Positions 1 through 14,800 of a stretch of DNA of 64,000 nt are shown one piece after another; the stretch's first letter is position 1; every line of letters begins with the position of its first letter. The stretch lies in the NCBI GenBank assembly GCA_964016885.1, contig OZ024753.1:24552001-24616000 (forward strand). Direction: 5' to 3'. Source of the stretch: Eledone cirrhosa (Eukaryota). Both the position numbers and the translations under genes were made by a program. Under the pieces are notes generated by a model that did not search any database, was not told the DNA's origin, and saw nothing but the letters and a program-made list of their open reading frames with translations.

Positions 1-3000
1 GGACTAATACTGTATGTAACAGACAGAGGACTAACACTGTATGTAACAGACAGCGGACTAACACTGTATGTAACAGACAGAGGACTAACACTGTATGTAA
101 CATACAGAGGACTAACACTGTACGTAACAGACAGAGGGATAACACTGTATGTAACAGACAGAGGACTAACACTCTATGTAACAGACAGAGGACTAACACT
201 GTATGTAACAGACAGAGGGCTAACACTGTATGTAACAGACAGAGGACTAACACTGTATGTAACAGACAGAGGGCTAACACTGTATGTAACAGGCAGAGGA
301 CTGACACTGTATGTCACAGACAGAGGAATAACAGTGTATGTAACAGACAGAGGACTAACACTGTATGTAACAGACAGAGGACTCATACTGCATGTAACAG
401 ACAGAGGGTTAACACTGTATGTAACAGACAGAGGACTAACCCTGTATGTAACAGACAGAGGACTAACTGTGTATGTAACAGACAGAGGACTAACACTGTA
501 TGTAACAGACAGAGGACTGACACTGTATGTAACAGACAGAGGACTAACACTGTATGTAACAGACAGAGGACTAACACTGTATGTAACAGACAGCGGACTA
601 ACATTGTATGTAACAGACAGAGGACCAACACTGTATGTAACAGACAGAGGACTAACACTGTATGTAACAGACAGAGGACTAACACTGTATGTAACAGACA
701 GAGGACGAACACTGTATGCAACAGACAGAGGACTAATACTGTATGTAACAGACAGAGGACTAACACTGTATGTAACAGACAGAGGACTAACACTGTAAGT
801 AACAGACAGACGACTAACACTGTATGTAACAGACAGCGGACGAACACTGTATGTAACAGACAGAGGACTAATACTGTATGTAACAGACAGAGGACTAACA
901 CTGTATGTAACAGACAGAGGACTAACACTGTATGTAACAGACAGCGGTCTAACACTGTATGTAACAGACAGAGGACTGGCACTGTATGTAACAGACAGAG
1001 GACTAACACTGTATGTAACAGACAGAGGACTAACACTGTATGTAACAGGCAGAGGGTTAACACTGTATGTAACAGACAGAGGGTTAACTCAGGTATGTAA
1101 CAGACAGAGGACTAACACGGCATGTAACAGACAGAGGACTAACACTGTATGTAACAGACAGAGGACTAACATTGTATGCAACCGACAGAGGACGAACACT
1201 GTATGTAACAGACAGAGGACTAACACTGTATGTAACAGACAGAGGGTTAACACTGTATGTAACAGACAGAGGACTAACACTGTATGTAACAGACAGAAGA
1301 CTAACACTGTATGTAACATACAGAGGACTAACACTGTATGTAACAGACAGAGGGTTAACACTGTATGTAACAGACAGAGGACTAACTGTGTATGTAACAG
1401 ACAGAGGACTAACACTGTATGTAACAGACAGAGGACTAACACAGTATGTAACAGACAGAGGGTTAACTCTGTATGTAACAGACAGAGGACTAACACGGCA
1501 TGTAACAGACAGAGGACTAACACTGTATGTAACAGACAGAGGACTAACACTGTATGTAACAGACAGTGGACTAACACTGTATGTAAGAAGCAGAGGACTA
1601 ACATTGTATGTAACAGACAGAGGACTAACACGATATGTAACAGACAGAGGAATAACACTGTATGTAACAGACAGAGGACTAACTGTGTATGTAACAGACA
1701 GAGGACTAACACTGTATGTAACAGACAGAGGACTAACACAGTATGTAACAGACAGAGGGTTAACTCTGTATGTAACAGACAGAGGACTAACACGGCATGT
1801 AACAGACAGAGGACTAACACTGTATGTAACAGACAGAGGACTAACACTGTATGTAACAGACAGAGGACTAACACTGTATGTAAGAAGCAGAGGACTAACA
1901 TTGTATGTAACAGACAGAGGACTAACACGATATGTAACAGACAGAGGAATAACACTGTATGTAACAGACAGAGGACTAACACTGTATGTAACAGACAGAG
2001 GGTTAACACTATATGTAACAGACAGAGGACTAAGCCTGTATGTAACAGACAGAGGACTAACACTGTATGTAACAGACAGAGGACTAACACTGTATGTAAC
2101 AGAAAGAGGGTTAACACTGTATGAAACAGACAGAGGACTAACCCTGTATGTAACAGACAGAGGACTAACACGATATGTAACAGACAGAGGACTAACACTG
2201 TATGTAACAGACAGAGGACTAATACTGTATGTAACAGACAGAGGGTTAACTCTGTATGTAACAGACAGAGGACTAACACTGTATGTAACAGACAGAGGTC
2301 TAACTCTGTATGTAACAGACAGAGGACTAACACGATATGTAACAGACAGAGGACTAACACTGTATGTAACAGACAGAGAACTAACACTATATGTAACAGA
2401 CAGAGGACTAACCCTGTATCTAACAGACAGAGGACTAACACTGTATGTAACAGACAGAGGACTAACACTGTATGTAACAGACAGAGGACTAACACTGTAT
2501 GCAACAGACAGAGGACTAACACTGTATCCAACAGACAGAGGACGAACACTGTATGCAACAGACAGAGGACTAACACTGTATGTAACAGACAGAGGACTAA
2601 CACTGTATGTAACAGACAGAGGACTAACACTGTATGTAACAGACAGACGACTAACACTGTATGTAACAGACAGCGGACGAACACTGTATATAACAGACAG
2701 AGGACTAATACTGTATGTAACAGACAGAGGACTAACTCTGTATGTAACAGACAGAGGACTAACACTGTATGTAACAGACAGAGGACTAACACTGTATGTA
2801 ACATACAGAGGACTAACACTGTATGTAACAGACAGAGGGATAACACTGTATGTAACAGACAGAGGACTAACATTGTATGTAACAGACAGAGGACTAACAC
2901 TGTATGTAACAGACAGAGGGCTAACACTGTATGTAACAGACAGAGGATTAACACTGTATGTAACAGACAGAGGGCTAACACTGTATGTAACAGGCAGAGG

Positions 3001-6000
3001 ACTGACACTGTATGTCACAGACAGAGGAATAACAGTGTATGTAACAGACAGAGGACTAACACAGTATGTAACAGACAGAGGACTCATACTGCATGTAACA
3101 GACAGAGGGTTAACACTGTATGTAACAGACAGAGGACTAACCCTGTATGTAACAGACAGAGGACTAACTGTGTATGTAACAGACAGAGGACTAACACTGT
3201 ATGTAACAGACAGAGGACTAACACAGTATGTAACAGACAGAGGGTTAACTCTGTATGTAACAGACAGAGGACTAACACTGTATGTAACAGACAGAGGACT
3301 AACACTGTATGCAACAGACAGAGGACTAACACTGTATGTAACAGACAGAGGACGAACACTGTATGTAACAGACAGAGGGATAACACTGTATGTAACAGAC
3401 AGCGGACTAACACTGTATGTAACAGACAGAGGACTAACACTGTATGTAACAGACAGAGGACTAACACTGTATGTAACATACAGAGGACTAACACTGTATG
3501 TAACAGACAGAGGGATAACACTGTATGTAACAGACAGAGGACTAACACTGTATGTAACAGACAGAGGACTAACACTGTATGTAACAGACAGAGGACTAAC
3601 ACTGTATGTAACAGACAGAGGACTAACACTGTATGTAAGAAGCAGAGGACTAACATTGTATGTAACAGACAGAGGACTAACACGATATGTAACAGACAGA
3701 GGAATAACACTGTATGTAACAGACAGAGGACTAACTGTGTATGTAACAGACAGAGGACTAACACTGTATGTAACAGACAGAGGACTAACACAGTATGTAA
3801 CAGACAGAGGACTAACACTGTATGTAACAGACAGAGGACTAACACTGTATGCAACAGACAGAGGACTAACACTGTATGTAACAGACAGAGGACGAACACT
3901 GTATGTAACAGACAGAGGTCTAACTCTGTATGTAACAGACAGAGGACTAACACGATATGTAACAGACAGAGGACTAACACTGTATGTAACAGACAGAGAA
4001 CTAACACTATATGTAACAGACAGAGGACTAACCCTGTATCTAACAGACAGAGGACTAACACTGTATGTAACAGACAGAGGACTAACACTGTATGTAACAG
4101 ACAGAGGACTAACACTGTATGCAACAGACAGAGGACTAACACTGTATCCAACAGACAGAGGACGAACACTGTATGCAACAGACAGAGGACTAACACTGTA
4201 TGTAACAGACAGAGGACTAACACTGTATGTAACAGACAGAGGACTAACACTGTATGTAACAGACAGACGACTAACACTGTATGTAACAGACAGCGGACGA
4301 ACACTGTATGTAACAGACAGAGGACTAATACTGTATGTAACAGACAGAGGACTAACACTGTATGTAACAGACAGCGGACTAACACTGTATGTAACAGACA
4401 GAGGACTAACACTGTATGTAACATACAGAGGACTAACACTGTACGTAACAGACAGAGGGATAACACTGTATGTAACAGACAGAGGACTAACACTCTATGT
4501 AACAGACAGAGGACTAACACTGTATGTAACAGACAGAGGGCTAACACTGTATGTAACAGACAGAGGACTAACACTGTATGTAACAGACAGAGGGCTAACA
4601 CTGTATGTAACAGGCAGAGGACTGACACTGTATGTCACAGACAGAGGAATAACAGTGTATGTAACAGACAGAGGACTAACACTGTATGTAACAGACAGAG
4701 GACTCATACTGCATGTAACAGACAGAGGGTTAACACTGTATGTAACAGACAGAGGACTAACCCTGTATGTAACAGACAGAGGACTAACTGTGTATGTAAC
4801 AGACAGAGGACTAACACTGTATGTAACAGACAGAGGACTGACACTGTATGTAACAGACAGAGGACTAACACTGTATGTAACAGACAGAGGACTAACACTG
4901 TATGTAACAGACAGCGGACTAACATTGTATGTAACAGACAGAGGACCAACACTGTATGTAACAGACAGAGGACTAACACTGTATGTAACAGACAGAGGAC
5001 TAACACTGTATGTAACAGACAGAGGACGAACACTGTATGCAACAGACAGAGGACTAATACTGTATGTAACAGACAGAGGACTAACACTGTATGTAACAGA
5101 CAGAGGACTAACACTGTAAGTAACAGACAGACGACTAACACTGTATGTAACAGACAGCGGACGAACACTGTATGTAACAGACAGAGGACTAATACTGTAT
5201 GTAACAGACAGAGGACTAACACTGTATGTAACAGACAGAGGACTAACACTGTATGTAACAGACAGCGGTCTAACACTGTATGTAACAGACAGAGGACTGG
5301 CACTGTATGTAACAGACAGAGGACTAACACTGTATGTAACAGACAGAGGACTAACACTGTATGTAACAGGCAGAGGGTTAACACTGTATGTAACAGACAG
5401 AGGGTTAACTCTGTATGTAACAGACAGAGGACTAACACGGCATGTAACAGACAGAGGACTAACACTGTATGTAACAGACAGAGGACTAACATTGTATGCA
5501 ACCGACAGAGGACGAACACTGTATGTAACAGACAGAGGACTAACACTGTATGTAACAGACAGAGGGTTAACACTGTATGTAACAGACAGAGGACTAACAC
5601 TGTATGTAACAGACAGAAGACTAACACTGTATGTAACATACAGAGGACTAACACTGTATGTAACAGACAGAGGGTTAACACTGTATGTAACAGACAGAGG
5701 ACTAACTGTGTATGTAACAGACAGAGGACTAACACTGTATGTAACAGACAGAGGACTAACACAGTATGTAACAGACAGAGGGTTAACTCTGTATGTAACA
5801 GACAGAGGACTAACACGGCATGTAACAGACAGAGGACTAACACTGTATGTAACAGACAGAGGACTAACACTGTATGTAACAGACAGTGGACTAACACTGT
5901 ATGTAAGAAGCAGAGGACTAACATTGTATGTAACAGACAGAGGACTAACACGATATGTAACAGACAGAGGAATAACACTGTATGTAACAGACAGAGGACT

Positions 6001-9000
6001 AACTGTGTATGTAACAGACAGAGGACTAACACTGTATGTAACAGACAGAGGACTAACACAGTATGTAACAGACAGAGGGTTAACTCTGTATGTAACAGAC
6101 AGAGGACTAACACGGCATGTAACAGACAGAGGACTAACACTGTATGTAACAGACAGAGGACTAACACTGTATGTAACAGACAGAGGACTAACACTGTATG
6201 TAAGAAGCAGAGGACTAACATTGTATGTAACAGACAGAGGACTAACACGATATGTAACAGACAGAGGAATAACACTGTATGTAACAGACAGAGGACTAAC
6301 ACTGTATGTAACAGACAGAGGGTTAACACTATATGTAACAGACAGAGGACTAAGCCTGTATGTAACAGACAGAGGACTAACACTGTATGTAACAGACAGA
6401 GGACTAACACTGTATGTAACAGAAAGAGGGTTAACACTGTATGAAACAGACAGAGGACTAACCCTGTATGTAACAGACAGAGGACTAACACGATATGTAA
6501 CAGACAGAGGACTAACACTGTATGTAACAGACAGAGGACTAATACTGTATGTAACAGACAGAGGGTTAACTCTGTATGTAACAGACAGAGGACTAACACT
6601 GTATGTAACAGACAGAGGTCTAACTCTGTATGTAACAGACAGAGGACTAACACGATATGTAACAGACAGAGGACTAACACTGTATGTAACAGACAGAGAA
6701 CTAACACTATATGTAACAGACAGAGGACTAACCCTGTATCTAACAGACAGAGGACTAACACTGTATGTAACAGACAGAGGACTAACACTGTATGTAACAG
6801 ACAGAGGACTAACACTGTATGCAACAGACAGAGGACTAACACTGTATCCAACAGACAGAGGACGAACACTGTATGCAACAGACAGAGGACTAACACTGTA
6901 TGTAACAGACAGAGGACTAACACTGTATGTAACAGACAGAGGACTAACACTGTATGTAACAGACAGACGACTAACACTGTATGTAACAGACAGCGGACGA
7001 ACACTGTATGTAACAGACAGAGGACTAATACTGTATGTAACAGACAGAGGACTAACTCTGTATGTATCAGACAGAGGACTAACACTGTATGTAACAGACA
7101 GAGGACTAACACTGTATGTAACATACAGAGGACTAACACTGTATGTAACAGACAGAGGGATAACACTGTATGTAACAGACAGAGGACTAACATTGTATGT
7201 AACAGACAGAGGACTAACACTGTATGTAACAGACAGAGGGCTAACACTGTATGTAACAGACAGAGGATTAACACTGTATGTAACAGACAGAGGGCTAACA
7301 CTGTATGTAACAGGCAGAGGACTGACACTGTATGTCACAGACAGAGGAATAACAGTGTATGTAACAGACAGAGGACTAACACAGTATGTAACAGACAGAG
7401 GACTCATACTGCATGTAACAGACAGAGGGTTAACACTGTATGTAACAGACAGAGGACTAACCCTGTATGTAACAGACAGAGGACTAACTGTGTATGTAAC
7501 AGACAGAGGACTAACACTGTATGTAACAGACAGAGGACTAACACAGTATGTAACAGACAGAGGGTTAACTCTGTATGTAACAGACAGAGGACTAACACTG
7601 TATGTAACAGACAGAGGACTAACACTGTATGCAACAGACAGAGGACTAACACTGTATGTAACAGACAGAGGACGAACACTGTATGTAACAGACAGAGGGA
7701 TAACACTGTATGTAACAGACAGCGGACTAACACTGTATGTAACAGACAGAGGACTAACACTGTATGTAACAGACAGAGGACTAACACTGTATGTAACATA
7801 CAGAGGACTAACACTGTATGTAACAGACAGAGGGATAACACTGTATGTAACAGACAGAGGACTAACACTGTATGTAACAGACAGAGGACTAACACTGTAT
7901 GTAACAGACAGAGGACTAACACTGTATGTAACAGACAGAGGACTAACACTGTATGTAAGAAGCAGAGGACTAACACTGTATGTAACAGGCAGAGGACTGA
8001 CACTGTATGTCACAGACAGAGGAATAACAGTGTATGTAACAGACAGAGGACTAACACTGTATGTAACAGACAGAGGACTCATACTGCATGTAACAGACAG
8101 AGGGTTAACACTGTATGTAACAGACAGAGGACTAACCCTGTATGTAACAGACAGAGGACTAACTGTGTATGTAACAGACAGAGGACTAACACTGTATGTA
8201 ACAGACAGAGGACTGACACTGTATGTAACAGACAGAGGACTAACACTGTATGTAACAGACAGAGGGCTAACACTGTATGTAACAGGCAGAGGACTGACAC
8301 TGTATGTCACAGACAGAGGAATAACAGTGTATGTAACAGACAGAGGACTAACACTGTATGTAACAGACAGAGGACTCATACTGCATGTAACAGACAGAGG
8401 GTTAACACTGTATGTAACAGACAGAGGACTAACCCTGTATGTAACAGACAGAGGACTAACTGTGTATGTAACAGACAGAGGACTAACACTGTATGTAACA
8501 GACAGAGGACTGACACTGTATGTAACAGACAGAGGACTAACACTGTATGTAACAGACAGAGGACTAACACTGTATGTAACAGACAGCGGACTAACATTGT
8601 ATGTAACAGACAGAGGACCAACACTGTATGTAACAGACAGAGGACTAACACTGTATGTAACAGACAGAGGACTAACACTGTATGTAACAGACAGAGGACG
8701 AACACTGTATGCAACAGACAGAGGACTAATACTGTATGTAACAGACAGAGGACTAACACTGTATGTAACAGACAGAGGACTAACACTGTAAGTAACAGAC
8801 AGACGACTAACACTGTATGTAACAGACAGCGGACGAACACTGTATGTAACAGACAGAGGACTAATACTGTATGTAACAGACAGAGGACTAACACTGTATG
8901 TAACAGACAGAGGACTAACACTGTATGTAACAGACAGCGGTCTAACACTGTATGTAACAGACAGAGGACTGGCACTGTATGTAACAGACAGAGGACTAAC

Positions 9001-11800
9001 ACTGTATGTAACAGACAGAGGACTAACACTGTATGTAACAGGCAGAGGGTTAACACTGTATGTAACAGACAGAGGGTTAACTCTGTATGTAACAGACAGA
9101 GGACTAACACGGCATGTAACAGACAGAGGACTAACACTGTATGTAACAGACAGAGGACTAACATTGTATGCAACCGACAGAGGACGAACACTGTATGTAA
9201 CAGACAGAGGACTAACACTGTATGTAACAGACAGAGGGTTAACACTGTATGTAACAGACAGAGGACTAACACTGTATGTAACAGACAGAAGACTAACACT
9301 GTATGTAACATACAGAGGACTAACACTGTATGTAACAGACAGAGGGTTAACACTGTATGTAACAGACAGAGGACTAACTGTGTATGTAACAGACAGAGGA
9401 CTAACACTGTATGTAACAGACAGAGGACTAACACAGTATGTAACAGACAGAGGGTTAACTCTGTATGTAACAGACAGAGGACTAACACGGCATGTAACAG
9501 ACAGAGGACTAACACTGTATGTAACAGACAGAGGACTAACACTGTATGTAACAGACAGTGGACTAACACTGTATGTAAGAAGCAGAGGACTAACATTGTA
9601 TGTAACAGACAGAGGACTAACACGATATGTAACAGACAGAGGAATAACACTGTATGTAACAGACAGAGGACTAACTGTGTATGTAACAGACAGAGGACTA
9701 ACACTGTATGTAACAGACAGAGGACTAACACAGTATGTAACAGACAGAGGGTTAACTCTGTATGTAACAGACAGAGGACTAACACGGCATGTAACAGACA
9801 GAGGACTAACACTGTATGTAACAGACAGAGGACTAACACTGTATGTAACAGACAGAGGACTAACACTGTATGTAAGAAGCAGAGGACTAACATTGTATGT
9901 AACAGACAGAGGACTAACACGATATGTAACAGACAGAGGAATAACACTGTATGTAACAGACAGAGGACTAACACTGTATGTAACAGACAGAGGGTTAACA
10001 CTATATGTAACAGACAGAGGACTAAGCCTGTATGTAACAGACAGAGGACTAACACTGTATGTAACAGACAGAGGACTAACACTGTATGTAACAGAAAGAG
10101 GGTTAACACTGTATGAAACAGACAGAGGACTAACCCTGTATGTAACAGACAGAGGACTAACACGATATGTAACAGACAGAGGACTAACACTGTATGTAAC
10201 AGACAGAGGACTAATACTGTATGTAACAGACAGAGGGTTAACTCTGTATGTAACAGACAGAGGACTAACACTGTATGTAACAGACAGAGGTCTAACTCTG
10301 TATGTAACAGACAGAGGACTAACACGATATGTAACAGACAGAGGACTAACACTGTATGTAACAGACAGAGAACTAACACTATATGTAACAGACAGAGGAC
10401 TAACCCTGTATCTAACAGACAGAGGACTAACACTGTATGTAACAGACAGAGGACTAACACTGTATGTAACAGACAGAGGACTAACACTGTATGCAACAGA
10501 CAGAGGACTAACACTGTATCCAACAGACAGAGGACGAACACTGTATGCAACAGACAGAGGACTAACACTGTATGTAACAGACAGAGGACTAACACTGTAT
10601 GTAACAGACAGAGGACTAACACTGTATGTAACAGACAGACGACTAACACTGTATGTAACAGACAGCGGACGAACACTGTATGTAACAGACAGAGGACTAA
10701 TACTGTATGTAACAGACAGAGGACTAACTCTGTATGTATCAGACAGAGGACTAACACTGTATGTAACAGACAGAGGACTAACACTGTATGTAACATACAG
10801 AGGACTAACACTGTATGTAACAGACAGAGGGATAACACTGTATGTAACAGACAGAGGACTAACATTGTATGTAACAGACAGAGGACTAACACTGTATGTA
10901 ACAGACAGAGGGCTAACACTGTATGTAACAGACAGAGGATTAACACTGTATGTAACAGACAGAGGGCTAACACTGTATGTAACAGGCAGAGGACTGACAC
11001 TGTATGTCACAGACAGAGGAATAACAGTGTATGTAACAGACAGAGGACTAACACAGTATGTAACAGACAGAGGACTCATACTGCATGTAACAGACAGAGG
11101 GTTAACACTGTATGTAACAGACAGAGGACTAACCCTGTATGTAACAGACAGAGGACTAACTGTGTATGTAACAGACAGAGGACTAACACTGTATGTAACA
11201 GACAGAGGACTAACACAGTATGTAACAGACAGAGGGTTAACTCTGTATGTAACAGACAGAGGACTAACACTGTATGTAACAGACAGAGGACTAACACTGT
11301 ATGCAACAGACAGAGGACTAACACTGTATGTAACAGACAGAGGACGAACACTGTATGTAACAGACAGAGGGATAACACTGTATGTAACAGACAGCGGACT
11401 AACACTGTATGTAACAGACAGAGGACTAACACTGTATGTAACAGACAGAGGACTAACACTGTATGTAACATACAGAGGACTAACACTGTATGTAACAGAC
11501 AGAGGGATAACACTGTATGTAACAGACAGAGGACTAACACTGTATGTAACAGACAGAGGACTAACACTGTATGTAACAGACAGAGGACTAACACTGTATG
11601 TAACAGACAGAGGACTAACACTGTATGTAAGAAGCAGAGGACTAACATTGTATGTAACAGACAGAGGACTAACACGATATGTAACAGACAGAGGAATAAC
11701 ACTGTATGTAACAGACAGAGGACTAACTGTGTATGTAACAGACAGAGGACTAACACTGTATGTAACAGACAGAGGACTAACACAGTATGTAACAGACAGA
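1..11800. repeat. Three near-identical higher-order copies of a roughly 3.5-kb variant block (offsets 4320 bp = 160 units and 3672 bp = 136 units)
   Basis: The order of variant units at 1-3655 matches 4322-7975. The ORF-track translations of 4704..7328 and 8376..11000 are identical (874 aa), offset 3672. Confidence 0.9.
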
Positions 11801-14800
11801 GGGTTAACTCTGTATGTAACAGACAGAGGACTAACACTCTATGTAACAGACAGAGGACTAACACTGTATGTAACAGACAGAGGACTAACACTCTATGTAA
11901 CAGACAGAGGACTAACACTGTATGTAAGAAGCAGAGGACTAACATTGTATGTAACAGACAGAGGACTAACACGATATGTAACAGACAGAGGAATAACACT
12001 GTATGTAACAGACAGAGGACTAACACTGTATGTAACAGACAGAGGGTTAACACTATATGTAACAGACAGAGGACTAAGCCTGTATGTAACAGACAGAGGA
12101 CTAACACTGTATGTAACAGACAGAGGACTAACACTGTATGTAACAGAAAGAGGGTTAACACTGTATGAAACAGACAGAGGACTAACACTGTATGTAACAG
12201 ACAGAGGACTAACACGATATGTAACAGACAGAGGCCTAACACTGTATGTAACAGACAGAGGACTAATACTGTATGTAACAGACAGAGGGTTAACTCTGTA
12301 TGTAACAGACAGAGGACTAACACTGTATGTAACAGACAGAGGTCTAACTCTGTATGTAACAGACAGAGGACTAACACGATATGTAACAGACAGAGGACTA
12401 ACACTGTATGTAACAGACAGAGAACTAACACTATATGTAACAGACAGAGGACTAATACTGTATGTAACAGACAGAGGACTAACACTGTATGTAACAGACA
12501 GAGGTCTAACTCTGTATGTAACAGACAGAGGACTAACACGATATGTAACAGACAGAGGACTAACACTGTATGTAACAGACAGAGAACTAACACTATATGT
12601 AACAGACAGAGGACTAACACTGTATGTAACAGACAGAGGACTAACACTGTATGTAACAGACAGAGGACTAACACTGTATGCAACAGACAGAGGACTAACA
12701 CTGTATGCAACAGACAGAGGACGAACACTGTATGCAACAGACAGAGGACTAACACTGTATGTAACAGACAGAGGACTAACACTGTATGTAACAGACAGAG
12801 GACTAACACTGTATGTAACAGACAGACGACTAACACTGTATGTAACAGACAGCGGACGAACACTGTATGTAACAGACAGAGGACTAATACTGTATGTAAC
12901 AGACAGAGGACTAACACTGTATGTAACAGACAGAGGACTAACACTGTATGTAACAGACAGAGGACTAACACTGTATGTAACATACAGAGGACTAACACTG
13001 TATGTAACAGACAGAGGGATAACACTGTATGTAACAGACAGAGGACTAACATTGTATGTAACAGACAGAGGACTAACAATGTATGTAACAGACAGAGGGC
13101 TAACACTGTATGTAACAGACAGAGGACTAACACTGTATGTAACAGACAGAGGGCTAACACTGTATGTAACAGGCAGAGGACTGACACTGTATGTCACAGA
13201 CAGAGGAATAACAGTGTATGTAACAGACAGAGGACTAACACAGTATGTAACAGACAGAGGACACATACTGCATGTAACAGACAGAGGGTTAACACTGTAT
13301 GTAACAGACAGAGGACTAACCCTGTATGTAACAGACAGAGGACTAACTGTGTATGTAACAGACAGAGGACTAACACTGTATGTAACAGACAGAGGACTAA
13401 CACAGTATGTAACAGACAGAGGGTTAACTCTGTATGTAACAGACAGAGGACTAACACTGTATGTAACAGACAGAGGACTAACACTGTATGCAACAGACAG
13501 AGGACTAACACTGTATGTAACAGACAGAGGACGAACACTGTATGCAACAGACAGAGGACTAATACTGTATGTAACAGACAGAGGACTAACACTGTATGTA
13601 ACAGACAGACGACTAACACTGTATGTAACAGACAGCGGACGAACACTGTATGTAACAGACAGAGGACTAATGCTGTATGTAACAGACAGAGGACTAACAC
13701 TGTATGTAACAGACAGAGGACTAACACTGTATGTAACAGACAGCGGACTAACACTGTATGTAACAGACAGAGGACTAACACTGTATGTAACAGACAGAGG
13801 ACTAACACTGTATGTAACATACAGAGGACTAACACTGTATGTAACAGACAGAGGGATAACACTGTATGTAACAGACAGAGGACTAACACTGTATGTAACA
13901 GACAGAGGACTAACACTGTATGTAACAGACAGAGGGCTAACACTGTATGTAACAGACAGAGGACTAACACAGTATGTAACAGACAGAGGGCTAACACTGT
14001 ATGTAACAGGCAGAGGACTGACACTGTATGTCACAGACAGAGGAATAACAGTGTATGTAACAGACAGAGGACTAACACTGTATGTAACAGACAGAGGACT
14101 CATACTGCATGTAACAGACAGAGGGTTAACACGGTATGTAACAGACAGAGGACTAACCCTGTATGTAACAGACAGAGGACTAACTGTGTATGTAACAGAC
14201 AGAGGACTAACACTGTATGTAACAGACAGAGGACTGAAACTGTATGTAACAGACAGAGGACTAACACTGTATGTAACAGACAGAGGACTAACACTGTATG
14301 TAACAGACAGACGACTAACACTGTATGTAACAGACAGCGCACGAACACTGTATGTAACAGACAGAGGACTAATACTGTATGTAACAGACAGAGGACTAAC
14401 ACTGTATGTAACAGACAGAGGACTAACACTGTATGTAACAGACAGCGGTCTAACACTGTATGTAACAGACAAAGGACTGACACTGTATGTAACAGACAGA
14501 GGACTAACACTGTATGTAACAGACAGAGGACTAACACTGTATGTAACAGGCAGAGGGTTAACACTGTATGTAACAGACAGAGGGTTAACTCTGTATGTAA
14601 CAGACAGAGGACTAACACGGCATGTAACAGACAGAGGACTAACACTGTATGTAACAGACAGAGGGTTAACTCTGTATGTAACAGACAGAGGACTAACACG
14701 GCATGTAACAGACAAAGGACTAACACTGTATGTAACAGACAGAGGACTAACACTGTATGCAACCGACAGAGGACGAACACTGTATGTAACAGACAGAGGA

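Noticed and set aside
1088-1095. Unique +1 change (CTCAGGTATG) as a splice acceptor/donor or functional junction
   Set aside because: It is absent from the sister copies (about 5410 and 9082) and most simply a private mutation or consensus error. Nothing else supports an exon.
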